The notes under the pieces were generated by a model that was not told where the DNA came from, ran no database searches, and saw only the letters and a program-made list of their open reading frames with translations. Below are positions 1-12,119 of a DNA stretch of 64,000 nt, in pieces; the first letter of the stretch is position 1, and each line of letters begins with the position of its first letter. Both the position numbers and the translations under genes were made by a program. The stretch is from Malacoraja senta (Eukaryota). The DNA is taken from assembly GCA_038087875.1 (NCBI GenBank), contig JAXLNO010002266.1, positions 1-64,000 of the forward strand. The letters are read 5' to 3'.

Positions 1-1409
1 AGACACAAAAGCATGAAAGCATATACCACCAGACTCAGGAACAACTTTTCCCCCTCTGTTATCGGACCCTTCCGTAGGCTAGGGTATGGTCCCATTCTCC
101 AACCAACTTCATTGCGGACGTTGGACTTTTTCTCTGGAACTGCTATGTTGAGAAACTGTATTCTGCACTCTGATATTTGTCTGTTTGTTCCCCTTGTTGT
201 TCTTGTGTTTGGCTTGATTACATTTTAGACTTTAGACTTTAGAGATACAGTGTGGAAACAGGCCCTTTGGCCCACTGAGTCCACGCCAACTAGTGATCAC
301 CCTGCACACTAGCACTATCCTACATATTAGGGGACAATTTACAAATTGCAGAAGCCAATAAACCTACAAACCTGTACATCTTTGGAGTGTGGGAGGCAAC
401 CAGAACACCCGGAGAAAACCCACGCTGCAGGAGTTTCCCCCGGGATACAAAGATGGCAGGACAAAGAGGGGTCGATGGTTTGCGGGAACTCCTCTAGTAT
501 GTCGAGCACGCGGGCCGATCGGACATTGGAATTTGAATAATGGTGCCAAAAATGGCGACGCCAGCATGTGTAATATATGCAAAAAGAATTTCACTGTACA
601 GTTGCATATGCGACATGTAAAGCACCATTGAACCATATTGTTTGGCTCAAAGTGGAGCAGGAGCATTTGGGATGGTACTGGGTCCTTGCATTACTGTAAA
701 CAGAATCTCAGAGTAAATGTGGAAGGAGCTTGCCAACTCACAAATACCCAGTCACAAATACCCAGACCAACCCTGGTCGTGTGGCAAATAAAGTTTCTAT
801 CTATCTATCTATCTATCGAACACCCTTCCCCGGCAGCGTCTGCAGATGCCACCTTGGCACCTCACAACCCACAAAGCTGGAGGTCAAGCAAGTCATACTC
901 AGTTCCCAAGCACTCCCTAAAAAGAAGCAGGTTCCACTCAAGTTTTATTTGAGTTTTTATGGACCAACTTTCCCTTCAGAGGTTTCATTTGAACAACCAA
1001 ATCGTCACTTCTTGTGACGTCAAGCACCGATTGAGACATCGCCAATGCAAATGCAGCCTGTAAAGGTTGCGTAAGTGGGACAGGCCCTTAACTAACTCCT
1101 ATTGAATCAGGTTCTCAAATACATTTGCAGAACCTTCACATAGAATCAGGGAAAGTTCATCAGGTGTGTGTTGTTCATCAGGTATGTGAGTAAAACAAAC
1201 AGCCACGAAACATGAACTGTGAAAAATGCTAAGATATAAAATAGGCAAATAAAAAATGCAAAGCACCAGAACAAAGCAAATAAAGGCTGTTTTCCAATTT
1301 AAGTTCTTTTTTTTAAAATCAGTTCCAATTAATTTACCAAACTGGTTCCTGTGACAGTCAATTCCATAACAGCTCAGTTTAAATATTTACTGTATTTCAT
1401 AGTTGGCAT

Positions 1410-2290
1410 TGTAGAAATTGTAGATGGTAATCCAGAATTACAGTGGGATCTTGATCAGATGGGCAAGTGGGCTGAGAAATAGCAAATGGAGTTTAATTCA
1501 GATAAGTATTTGGTGTGAGGTGTCAGATAAGTGTGAGGTGTGGTATTTTGCACAGCAATACCAGGGCAGTACCTCTATAGTGAACAGTAGTACCCTGGGA
1601 AGTGTGGTTAAGCAGAGATCTAGTAATACTAGTACAGTTTCCAGAAAGTGGTGTTGCAGATAGCTAGGGTGGTGGAGAAGGCTTTTGGCACTTCATCAGT
1701 CAGGCAACTGAGTGTAAAAGTTGGGACATTATATTATAGTTGTATAACACGATGGCGAGGCTGCACTTGGAGTATTGTGTTCAATTTTGGTCATCCTGCT
1801 ATAAGGGAGATGCCATTAAACTGGAAAGAGTGAGGAGAAGATTTACAAGGATGTTGCCAGGACTCGAGGGCATGCGCTATAGGGAAAGCTTGAGCAGGCT
1901 AGGATTTTATTCTGAGCACAGGAAACCTGAGGGGTGATCTTTTAGAAGTATAAAAAAATCATGAGATGAATAGAGTGAAAGCACAGCGTCTTTTTCCAAG
2001 GGTGGGGGAATCAAAAACAAGAGGGCAGAGCTTTACGATGAGAGAGCAAAGCTTTAATAGGAACACGAGGGGCAACTTTTTCACACAGAGGGTGGTAGGT
2101 ATATGGTTCCAGCTGCCAGATGAAGTAGATGAGGCAGGTGCTACAACAACATTTAAAATACTTGTGGACAGGTGGATGTATAGGAAAGGTCTAGAGGAAT
2201 ATTGGCCAGGTGCAGGTAGATGGGACTAGCATGGATGAGCATCTTGGTTGGCAAGAATGAGTTGGGCCTAAGGGCCGGGTTCAATGGCCT
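1410..2290 (+). mobile_element. CR1 LINE 3' fragment (duplicated at about 8035-8910)
   Basis: Frameshifted LEYCVQFWS..Y..D..KLERV.RRFTRMLPGL and FFTQRVV..W..LP. Confidence 0.85.
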
Positions 2291-3055
2291 TTGTCTCTAC
2301 TGAGATGAAGCTGTTCAGATGAAGCTTAGATATAGTTCTTAGGGCTAACGGAATCAAGGTATATGGGGAGAAAGCAGGAACGGGGTACTGATTTTGGATG
2401 ATCAGCCATGATCATATTGAATGGCGGTGCAGGTTCGAAGGGCCGAATGGCCTACTCCTGCACCTATTTTCTATGCTCTCCTCTCTGACTGTCATATCAC
2501 CTTCAAATACCTGGGATTTCCAGCATTTTTCTTTTCTTTTTAAATTTCTACACTGCTAAGTGTGGCACACTGCATTAGTTACTTATACTTTGCAATTTAA
2601 CCTTCCTTTAAATACGATCTCTGCAAATGGATTTGCCTCATTTGTCATAGACTGAGGGCTTCAGTGGGTAGTTTTTTCTCTCATCCACACACTGAATCCA
2701 GATCTCAGTTTGGAGTACAGAACCAAGGCTGACTCTTTAGGGCAGAGTGCTACGTTGCTGAAGATGTTGTCAGTCAGATGAATCTTTAAACTGAAGCCTT
2801 TCCCAGCAGACCATATAGCCATATAACAATTACAGCATGGAAACAGGCCATCTCGGCCCTTCTAGACCTATTGAAGAGGAGAATTCCCTCTCCCACCATC
2901 CCTGCCCCACCCTAGTTGTCCTACTAGTTTCACTGTCATCCTGCTTAGTTTCACTGTTCTTATTTGGGTGGCACGGTGGCGCAGCTGGTAGAGCCGCTGC
3001 CTCACAGCACCAGAGATGTCTGGTTCGATCCTGACCTTGGGTGTTTGGGTGTTTG

Positions 3056-3367
3056 GGTGGCCACGGTGGCGCAGCGGTAGAGTTGCTGCCTTACAGTGCT
3101 TGCAGCGCCAGAGACCCGGGTTCGATCCCAACTACGGGTTCTGTCTGTACGGAGTTTATATGCTCTCCCCGTGACCTGCGTGGATTTTCTCCGAGATCTT
3201 TGGATTCCTCCCATGCTCCAAAGATGTACAAGTTTATAGGTTAATTGGCTTGGTAAATGTAAATGTCCCTAGTGGGTGTAGGATGGTGTTAATGTGTGGG
3301 GATCGCTGGTCGGCGCGGACCCGGTGGGCCGAAGGGCCTGTTTCCGCACTGTATCTCTAAACTAAAT
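3056..3367 (+). mobile_element. tRNA-derived V-SINE (HE1-like), full length; preceded by a partial head at 2966-3037 and duplicated at 9598-9998
   Basis: Pol III A box (GGTGGCGCAGCGG) and B box (GGTTCGATCC), V-domain core, CR1-like tail with (CTAAA)n. Confidence 0.85.
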
Positions 3368-3945
3368 TACCCCTTTGCTATCACCTCTTCTACAGCCAAC
3401 AATGGACTATTGTGGGCTCCACCTTTCCTTGATCATCATTGCTGACCTTGATTTGTCCTTTTTATCCCTTTCATTCTTTTGTTTTTCACATACCACCTGT
3501 TTCCCTCTCCCCTGACTCTCAGACTGAAGAAGCATGGCCGTCCGAAGGGGGGGGGTGCGTTGGGTGCGGTCGTACCCCCCTTTTTTTTCCCAGAGTAACA
3601 AAAAATCCAGAGAAAAAAAAAATTTGGAGCGCAATCAGCGTTTCCACTTTGATGGATATTACCTGAAATTCTGGTTCTGGCCAGCTGGATGATTTGGAAA
3701 AAAAAGGAGTGCCAGTTTCTCTGGGCCCGGGGGGGCTGCGGTGTCTGCCTGCCCGGTCCATTGCCTCCAGCTGCGGCGTCGGAGCCTCGCCGCTTGTCAG
3801 CCTGGCTGGTCAGTCCGTTCTCACGCAACCTCCCCCCCCACCCGTCGGGTCCACACCACCCCCCCCCCCGCCCCCGCCGGGCCCACACCTTTCTTCTCCC
3901 CCCCCCCCCGCCGCGGGCCCTCGCCTTGGGTTTAGACTCTCTGTT

Positions 3946-4404
3946 AAAGGCCTGTCTCACGAGTCTGCGGTCTATGGCGGCGAAACGGGAGGAATCTGCC
4001 GCCATAGACCGCGCACTCGTGAGAAAGTACAATTCCCGGGCCGTGCGGCGGTGCTCCCAACACCGCGCGGTGCTAAAATAAAATCGACAATGTCCAAAAC
4101 TAAATACTCACCGCACAACCTCCACCAGTGATGCACGAGTGCGGCACGGCCGCTCGCACGGGCCGCCGCCGGTGTGGCTCGAGCGCCGTGCGTCAAACCT
4201 CCAGTGCCACAGGCTCCGCCAGTGACGCACGTGCCGCCGCCAGTGAGGCACGTGTGCTGCACGGCCGCAGGCACAGCCACCGCTACAGCGCCGCGATCAG
4301 GATGGCCGCCGCCACAGCCGCCGCTGGTGAGTCACGTGCGGCGGGCCGACGTCATCGCAGTCGGCCCGCCCTTTTTTTACTTACCGCAAGCACGTGGGAC
4401 CCGC
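3946..4404. mobile_element. GC/CpG-rich Harbinger-like MITE, present only in duplicate copy A
   Basis: Starts after TTA with AAGGCCTGTCTCAC and ends near GTGGGACCCGCC. Absent at the equivalent site (10570) of copy B. Confidence 0.55.
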
Positions 4405-4846
4405 CGTGTTTGAATTAACTCGGCCCCCGCGCAGTTAATTCGGGCGGCACAGTGGTAGAGTTGCTGCCTCACAGCGCCAAAGACCTGGGTTCGATCCTGA
4501 TTACTGGTGCTGTCTGTGTGGAGTTTGAACGTTGTCCCTGGGACCGCATGGATTTTCTCCGGGTGCTCTGGTTTCCTCCCACACTCCAAAGACTTGTAGG
4601 TTAATTGTCTTCGGTAGGTTGTAAAATTTTCCCCAGTGTGTAGGATAGTGCTAGTGCACGGGGTGATCGCTGGTCTAAAGTCTCTAAAGTCTAAAAAGCC
4701 CCAAAGTCCTTAGTGCAACCAAGACGGTTCGTAGTTCTTAGTTTAGTGATTGTTTGTAGTGTTCAAGAGGTCAATGGCTGTTGGGTAGGAGCTGAAGAAG
4801 GGTCTCGACCCGAAATGTCACCCATTCCTTCTCTGCAGAGGTGCTG

Positions 4847-5194
4847 CCTGTCCCACTTAAACGGAAACCTATGGAGTGGAAGGTAAGACCTCCCTGGTGG
4901 AATAAAACTGGGTGAAAAAATACCTTCCATTACCTGCAACCTCCGGGAACCACCTTCAACTAGCATCGCAACCGGCTTCGACTAAAAAATTACCGATTTT
5001 TAAAACGGCAACCTATTTTTAGTCGCGGCCGGTTTTGAATTTTTTGAAATAATCGCCGGAACATAGAAGAAGCGGAAACCACTTTCAACCATTAGGGAGA
5101 CTGACAAAAATCTCCGGGAACCGCACGGAAACCTTGGGTGGGGCGCAAAGTCTCCAGGGGTTTCCGTTCAGGTTTCCTAAGTGGGACAGGGGCA
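4847..5194. mobile_element. Harbinger-like MITE, same subfamily as the one at about 19700-19977
   Basis: CCTGTCCCACTT...AAGTGGGACAGGGGCA|TTA. Internal sequence matches the intron-5 copy. Confidence 0.7.
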
Positions 5195-5643
5195 TTACTA
5201 ATCAAGAAACTATCAATTTACGCTTTAAAATTACCTAATGATATTCTTTGAACCTGTATTTGGCCCATTAAAAAGCCAACCACTTTGTTTTGCCTGGGGT
5301 CACTCATTGGTCAGAGCAGGTAAGGATGAGACATTTCCTTCACAGATATTATTACTGAGACTAGCCTTTGATTCCTAATCTATTTACTTGAATCCAAATT
5401 CTCCAATTGCCATGGTGGGATTCAAACTAGTCTCCAGATCATAGGATTTCAGCATCTGCAGTTCTTTCCTACAGAGCTTATTTAGTTTAGTTTAAAGAAA
5501 CAACGTGGAATCAGGCCCTTCGGCCCACCAAGTCTGCGCCGACCAGCGACCCCTGCACACTACCACTATCCCACACACACTAGGGACAATTTACAATTAT
5601 ACCAAGCCAATTAACCTATGTCTTTGGAGTGTGTGAGGAAACT

Positions 5644-6136
5644 GGGGGGAGAGGGAGAGGCCGGGTGTGGAGAGAGGAGGGGGGAGAGAGAGGAGGGGGG
5701 GAAAGAGGAGGGGGGAAGAGGGGAGGGGGAGAGAGGAGGGGGGAGAGAGGAGGGGGGGAAGGAGAGATGGGAGGGGGGGAGGAGGAGGGGAGAGAGGAGG
5801 AGGGGAGGGGAGCCGGGATCAGTGGGGGGCGGGGGCGGGAGCAGCATGGAGCGAGCAGCGGGGAGCGGCGTCACTCGCAGCGCGAGCAAGACGACGCAGA
5901 CCCATTGTGACGTCATCAGCAAAAGAGTTGTTTTTATTTCAGGTTTGTCGGAATCTTGAACATTTTCATTAATAACTCGAGAAATAAAGCATGAAATTTT
6001 CAGATAAGGCGATTTCGGACTCCACGGAAAAAATATCGACCGGAATATGTAAACATGTTACCGTTACCGTGTCGTGTTTTCGAGAAGATGTGATTATACA
6101 CACACACATCCAAGATCAGAGATTTATAAGTATAGA
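5644..6136 (-). mobile_element. Possible non-autonomous Helitron-like fragment with a polypurine tract
   Basis: Minus-strand start TCTATACTTATAAA.. followed by a (TG)n microsatellite, and a G/A-rich low-complexity block at 5646-5812. No 3' CTRR end found. Confidence 0.3.
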
Positions 6137-9100
6137 AATGTTATATATATATTTATGTTATTGAATCAAAATCAAGAATTATAGATTCACATTTCAAAAA
6201 CGGTTTCACAATTCAGTAGTACTGATTTTCAGTATTCCATACTGATATTTGGGAATACATGAGGTTGCATGCAAAATACTGATTTTCAGCCATCAAAATA
6301 CGGAAACACAATCACATTGTGTTTGAGAATTCAAAATGTGATTTGTGATCTTGTTTATGAATCAACATGGAACTAAAATTTGTTATAATAGTATGACAAT
6401 AAAATAGGTTAGTTTGAAAGCGATCATAGTAAAGTGATAATGTAAATGCACCATTTAGTTTGACTTCAATTTTCATGATGGAAATTGAAGTCGAACTAAA
6501 TTTTGTATTCACATCACTGTTCCATGTTAAAATTGATGTGATGTGAAGTTGTTAGGTCAGGAGGACCTGCACTGGTGCACTGCACACACTAACACAGTCT
6601 AACAGTAACAGCCAATCATATCAACACACGAAACATTTTCTAAAAAAAGGTTTTATTTACTGCAAAAACGTACACTATTTTATTTGCAGTTTTTGCATGC
6701 TCCTTTATAACATTTTACATAACATTTTACAACAGTACAACTTGAATATTAAAACAAGGACAACTTCAATTCTTGATTTAAAAAAATGTATACAACAATG
6801 ACCCCAATCATCCCATTCCACCCACTCATTACTCTTGACTCAACCAAAATGATTTCTGAAATATTGGTCATAAATTTGGTGCAAAAATGCTCCAAAATCA
6901 GGCTCAGAATGGACCAGAGAGCATCTAAAACTCCAGAGCTTCCAAGGCCCTTAAGCGGGCTCCGGACCCTGGCCGTGAGGGACTTCGCGCTCATGATGTG
7001 CGCTGCGTGCACATTATTTCACATAATTTTTTTGTAATCCTGCCATGCCACCCCCCTTTTTGAAAAGCTTCGTACGGGCCTGAGAAGGGTCTCGACCCAA
7101 AACGCCACTAATTCCTTTTCTCCAGAGATGCTGCCTGACCCGCTAAGCTACTCCAGTATTTTGTGTCTAACTCCATTATTATTGTCTGCAGGTGTGAAAT
7201 ACTGCATGTACATGCAGTTATAAGTGTTGTCCAATGATGAATGTTTATATTCTTTATGACATTTCTCCATTTGTAATCTTATCAAAGCAGATAAATCCAT
7301 TATAAGTGAAAGGGCTAACTGCCTCCATCATATGTAAGATTAAATGTTTCATATACGATGGATTTATGGAGGGCGGCACAGTGGCGCAGGTGGTAGAGCT
7401 GCTGCCTCACAGCACCAGAGACTGGGGTTCGATCCCGACCTTGGGTGTTGCCTGTCTGGAGTTTGCTCGTTCTCCCTGTGACCATGTCCTCTCACATTCC
7501 AAAGACGTACTGGTTTGTAGGTTAATTGGCTTCTGTAAAATTGTCCCCAGTGTGTGTGGAATGGATGACAAAGTGGGATTACATAGAACTAGTGTGAATG
7601 GGTGATTGACAATCGGTGTGATTCGATGGGCCGGTTTCCAAGCTGTATAACTAAATTAAACTAAACTACACGCATTTCTAATCTGAAATATTTCCTGGTT
7701 CTATCTAGGACTTGGCAAGCGCTACCTGAGTATGTGTTGGCAGCAGATACTCTCACACATTGAACCAGAATGAGGAAGAGCACTTGAAACACCACTTCTT
7801 GGAAGGATACAGACCAGTTCTGGTTCTAGTGCCAGAGGCCATAGTCTCAGAATAAAAAGACGTACCTTTAGAAAGGAGATGAGAAGGACGTTTTTTTAGT
7901 CAGGGGTTGGTGAATCTGTGGAATTCATTGCCACGGATGACTGAGGAGACAATTAATTTACCAAACTGGTTCCTGTGACAGTCAATTCCATAACAGCTCA
8001 GTTTAAATATTTACTGTATTTCATAGGTGGCATTGTAGAAATTGTAGATGGTAATCCAGAATTACAGTGGGATCTTGATCAGATGGGCAAGTGGGCTGAG
8101 AAATAGCAAATGGAGTTTAATTCAGATAAGTATTTGGTGTGAGGTGTCAGATAAGTGTGAGGTGTGGTATTTTGCACAGCAATACCAGGGCAGTACCTCT
8201 ATAGTGAACAGTAGTACCCTGGGAAGTGTGGTTAAGCAGAGATCTAGTAATACTAGTATAGTTTCCAGAAAGTGGTGTTGCAGATAGCTAGGGTGGTGGA
8301 GAAGGCTTTTGGCACTTCATCAGTCAGGCAACTGAGTGTAAAAGTTGGGACATTATATTATAGTTGTATAACACGATGGCGAGGCTGCACTTGGAGTATT
8401 GTGTTCAATTTTGGTCATCCTGCTATAAGGGAGATGCCATTAAACTGGAAAGAGTGAGGAGAAGATTTACAAGGATGTTGCCAGGACTCGAGGGCATGCG
8501 CTATAGGGAAAGCTTGAGCAGGCTAGGATTTTATTCTGAGCACAGGAAACCTGAGGGGTGATCTTTTAGAAGTATAAAAAAATCATGAGATGAACAGAGT
8601 GAAAGCACAGCGTCTTTTTCCAAGGGTGGGGGAATCAAAAACAAGAGGGCAGAGCTTTACGATGAGAGAGCAAAGCTTTAATAGGAACACGAGGGGCAAC
8701 TTTTTCACACAGAGGGTGGTAGGTATATGGTTCCAGCTGCCAGATGAAGTAGATGAGGCAGGTGCTACAACAACATTTAAAATACTTGTGGACAGGTGGA
8801 TGTATAGGAAAGGTCTAGAGGAATATTGGCCAGGTGCAGGTAGATGGGACTAGCATGGATGAGCATCTTGGTTGGCAAGAATGAGTTGGGCCTAAGGGCC
8901 GGGTTCAATGGCCTTTGTCTCTACTGAGATGAAGCTGTTCAGATGAAGCTTAGATATAGTTCTTAGGGCTAACGGAATCAAGGGATATGGGGAGAAAGCA
9001 GGAACGGGGTACTGATTTTGGATGATCAGCCATGATCATATTGAATGGCGGTGCAGGTTCGAAGGGCCGAATGGCCTACTCCTGCACCTATTTTCTATGC

Positions 9101-10165
9101 TCTCCTCTCTGACTGTCATATCACCTTCAAATACCTGGGATTTCTAGCATTTTTCTTTTCTTTTTAAATTTCTACTTTGCTAAGTGTGGCACACTGCATT
9201 AGTTAGTTATACTTTGCAATTTAACCTTCCTTTAAATACGATCTCTGCAAATGGATTTGCCTCATTTGTCATAGACTGAGGGCTTCAGTGGGTAGTTTTT
9301 TCTCTCATCCACACACTGAATCCAGATCTCAGTTTGGAGTACAGAACCAAGGCTGACTCTTTAGGGCAGAGTGCTACATTGCTGAAGATGTTGTCAGTCA
9401 GATGAATCTTTAAACTGAAGCCTTTCCCAGCAGACCATATAGCCATATAACCATATAACAATTACAGCATGGAAACAGGCCATCTCGGCCCTTCTAGACC
9501 TATTGAAGAGGAGAATTCCCTCTCCCACCATCCCTGCCCCACCCTAGTTGTCCTACTAGTTTCACTGTCATCCTGCTTAGTTTCACTGTTCTTACTTGGG
9601 TGGCACGGTGGCGCAGCTGGTAGAGCCGCTGCCTCACAGCGCCAGAGATGTCTGGTTCGATCCTGACCTTGGGTGTTTGGGTGTTTGGGTGGCCACGGTG
9701 GCGCAGCGGTAGAGTTGCTGCCTTACAGTGCTTGCAGCGCCAGAGACCCGGGTTCGATCCCGACTACGGGTTCTGTCTGTACGGAGTTTATATGCTCTCC
9801 CCGTGACCTGCGTGGATTTTCTCCGAGATCTTTGGATTCCTCCCATGCTCCAATGACGTACAGGTTTGTAGGTTAATTGGCTTGGTAAATGTAAATGTCC
9901 CTAGTGGGTGTAGGATGGTGTTAATGTGCGGGGATCGCTGGTCGGCGCGGACCCGGTGGGCCGAAAGGTCCTGTTTCCGCACTGTATCTCTAAACTAAAT
10001 TACCCCTTTGCTATCACCTCTTCTACAGCCAACAATGGACTATTGTGGGCTCCACCTTTCCTTGATCATCATTGCTGACCTTGATTTGTCCTTTTTATCC
10101 CTTTCATTCTTTTGTTCTTCACATACCACCTGTTTCCCTCTCCCCTGACTCTCAGACTGAAGAAG

Positions 10166-11047
10166 CATGGCCGTCCGAAGGGGGGGTGCGTTGGGTGCGG
10201 TCGTACCCCCCTTTTTTTCCCCAGAGTAAGAAAAAATCCAGAGAAAAAAAAAATTTGGAGCGCAATCAGCGTTTCCACTTTGACGGATATTACCTGAAAT
10301 TCTGGTTCTGGCCCGCTGGATGATTTGGAAAAAAAAGGAGTGCCAGTTTCTCTGGGCCGGGGGGGCTGCGGTGTCTGCCCGCCCGGTCCATTGCCTCCAG
10401 CTGCGGCGTCGGAGCCTCGCCGCTTGTCAGCCTGGCTGGTCAGTCCGTTCTCACGCAACCTCCCCCCCCTCCCGCCGGGCCCACGCCTCCCCCCCGCCCC
10501 CGCCGGGCCCACACCTTTCTTCTCCCCCACCCCGCCGCGGGCCCTCGCCTTGGGTTTAGACTCTCTGTTACCTGCTGCGAGAGGCATGAAGAGTGTTTAA
10601 TTGTATAGGCACCAAAAAACGCTACAATGAAATCATTACTTGCCACAGCATAACAGGTCTGCAAGCTCAGTATTCACTGATAACACAATATCCATTCATA
10701 TAACCATTATCTATTCATAGATAATACAATAAACAAAAAAACAGTAATACATTAAAAATATTATTTCGGGCGGCACAGTGGTAGAGTTGCTGCCTCACAG
10801 CGCCAAAGACCTGGGTTCGATCCTGATTACGGGTGCTGTCTGTGTGGAGTTTGAACGTTGTCCTTGGGACCGCATGGATTTTCTCCGGGTGCTCTGGTTT
10901 CCTCCCACACTCCAAAGACTTGTAGGTTAATTGTCTTCGGTAAGTTGTAACATTTTCCCCAGTGTGTAGGATAGTGCACACTATCCTACACATTTTTTGT
11001 AATCCTGCCATGCCACCCCCTTTTTTGAAAAGCTTCGTACGGGCCTG
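10166..11047. mobile_element. Internally deleted duplicate of the 5-bp-TSD DNA element
   Basis: Same termini and AGAAG TSD (10161-10165, 11048-11052). Confidence 0.7.
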
Positions 11048-11498
11048 AGAAGGGTCTCGATCCAAAACGCCACTAATTCCTTTTCTCCAGAGATGCTGCC
11101 TGACCCGCTAAGTTACTCCAGTATTTTGTGTCTAACTCCATTATTATTGTCTGCAGGTGTGAAATACTGCATGTACATGCAGTTATAAGTGTTGTCCAAT
11201 GATGAATGTTTATATTCTTTATGACATTTCTCCATTTGTAATCTTATCAAAGCAGATGAATTCATTATAAATGAAAGGGCTAACTGCCTCCATCATATGT
11301 AAGATTAAATGTTTCATATACGATGGATTTATGGAGGGCGGCACAGTGGCGCAGGTGGTAAAGCTGCTGCCTCACAGCACCAGAGACTGGGGTTCGATCC
11401 CGACCTTGGGTGTTGCCTGTCTGGAGTTTGCTCGTTCTCCCTGTGACCATGTCCTCTCACATTCCAAAGACGTACTGGTTTGTAGGTTAATTGGCTTC

Positions 11499-12119
11499 AA
11501 TTAAACAACTGCAGCTTATCCAAAGTGCCGCTGCCAGAGTCTTGACCAACACCAAGAAAATGGGCCACATTACACCTGTCCTTAAATCTTTGCACTGGCT
11601 CCCTGTGTGTAAGAGGATAGATTTTAAAATTCTGTTACTGACCTACAAGGCACTGAATGGTCTAGGTCCAAAATGCATCTCTGACCTACTTGTTGTATAT
11701 GAGGTGCCTAGACTCCTCAGGTCTTCAGGGACAGGTTTACTCTGTGTTCCCAGGGTCAGAACTAAAAAGGCTGAAGCAGCATTGGGTTTTTATGCTCCAC
11801 ACCTGTGGAACAAGCTCCCTGAACACCTGTGGTGGGCACAGACTGTAAGCGCATTTAAATCAGGCCTTAAAACACTGTTGTTTACTAGAGCTTTTCCATG
11901 ACCTGACATGCAGGTAATCTTAACTGTCTAATTTTAACCCTTTTATGTGCTTTTTAAAATTGTTTTATTGCTTCATTGACGTTGTTTTATTATTCATACA
12001 TTTGTCGTATTGCTTATTTTGCAATTTTTAATTATTGACTATTTTATTTTTTCTTTCCTGTAAAGCACCTTGAATTGCTGTTTGCACGAATGGTGCTATA
12101 CAAATAAATTTGCCTTGCC
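11499..12119 (+). mobile_element. L2-clade LINE 3' fragment inserted into a SINE
   Basis: Peptide LQLIQSAAARVLT...HITPVLKSLHWLPV..RIDFKILLLTYKAL...LWNKLP...FKSGLKTLLF, then a T-rich UTR, a terminal stem-loop and an AATAAATTTGCCTTGCC tail. Absent from copy A. Confidence 0.88.

Larger units (their letters stand above)
3533..7082. mobile_element. Non-autonomous DNA element with CA..TG ends, imperfect 15-bp TIRs and a 5-bp TSD (hAT5-like or unclassified), carrying nested insertions
   Basis: Ends are CATGGCCGTCCGAAG and revcomp CAGGCCCGTACGAAG (12/15 match). TSD AGAAG (3528-3532, 7083-7087) splits a ctgaagaagggtctcgaccc repeat. Confidence 0.7.
1326..7711 (+). repeat. Tandem segmental duplication, copy A
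   Basis: Near-identical to 7950-12297 over shared blocks (1326-3945, 4438-4650, 7027-7711). The ORF track shows identical peptides in both copies. Confidence 0.92.

Noticed and set aside
3056-3135. tRNA gene
   Set aside because: The A/B boxes are SINE heads continuing into the V-SINE core. No complete cloverleaf or terminator.
3407-4418. Cluster of overlapping 70-198 aa GC-rich ORFs or an apparent CpG-island promoter
   Set aside because: These lie within transposon ends and MITEs, have low-complexity Pro/Gly/Arg translations, and the frames differ between the duplicate copies.
5611-5972. Gly/Glu/Arg-rich ORFs
   Set aside because: Translations of a polypurine tract.
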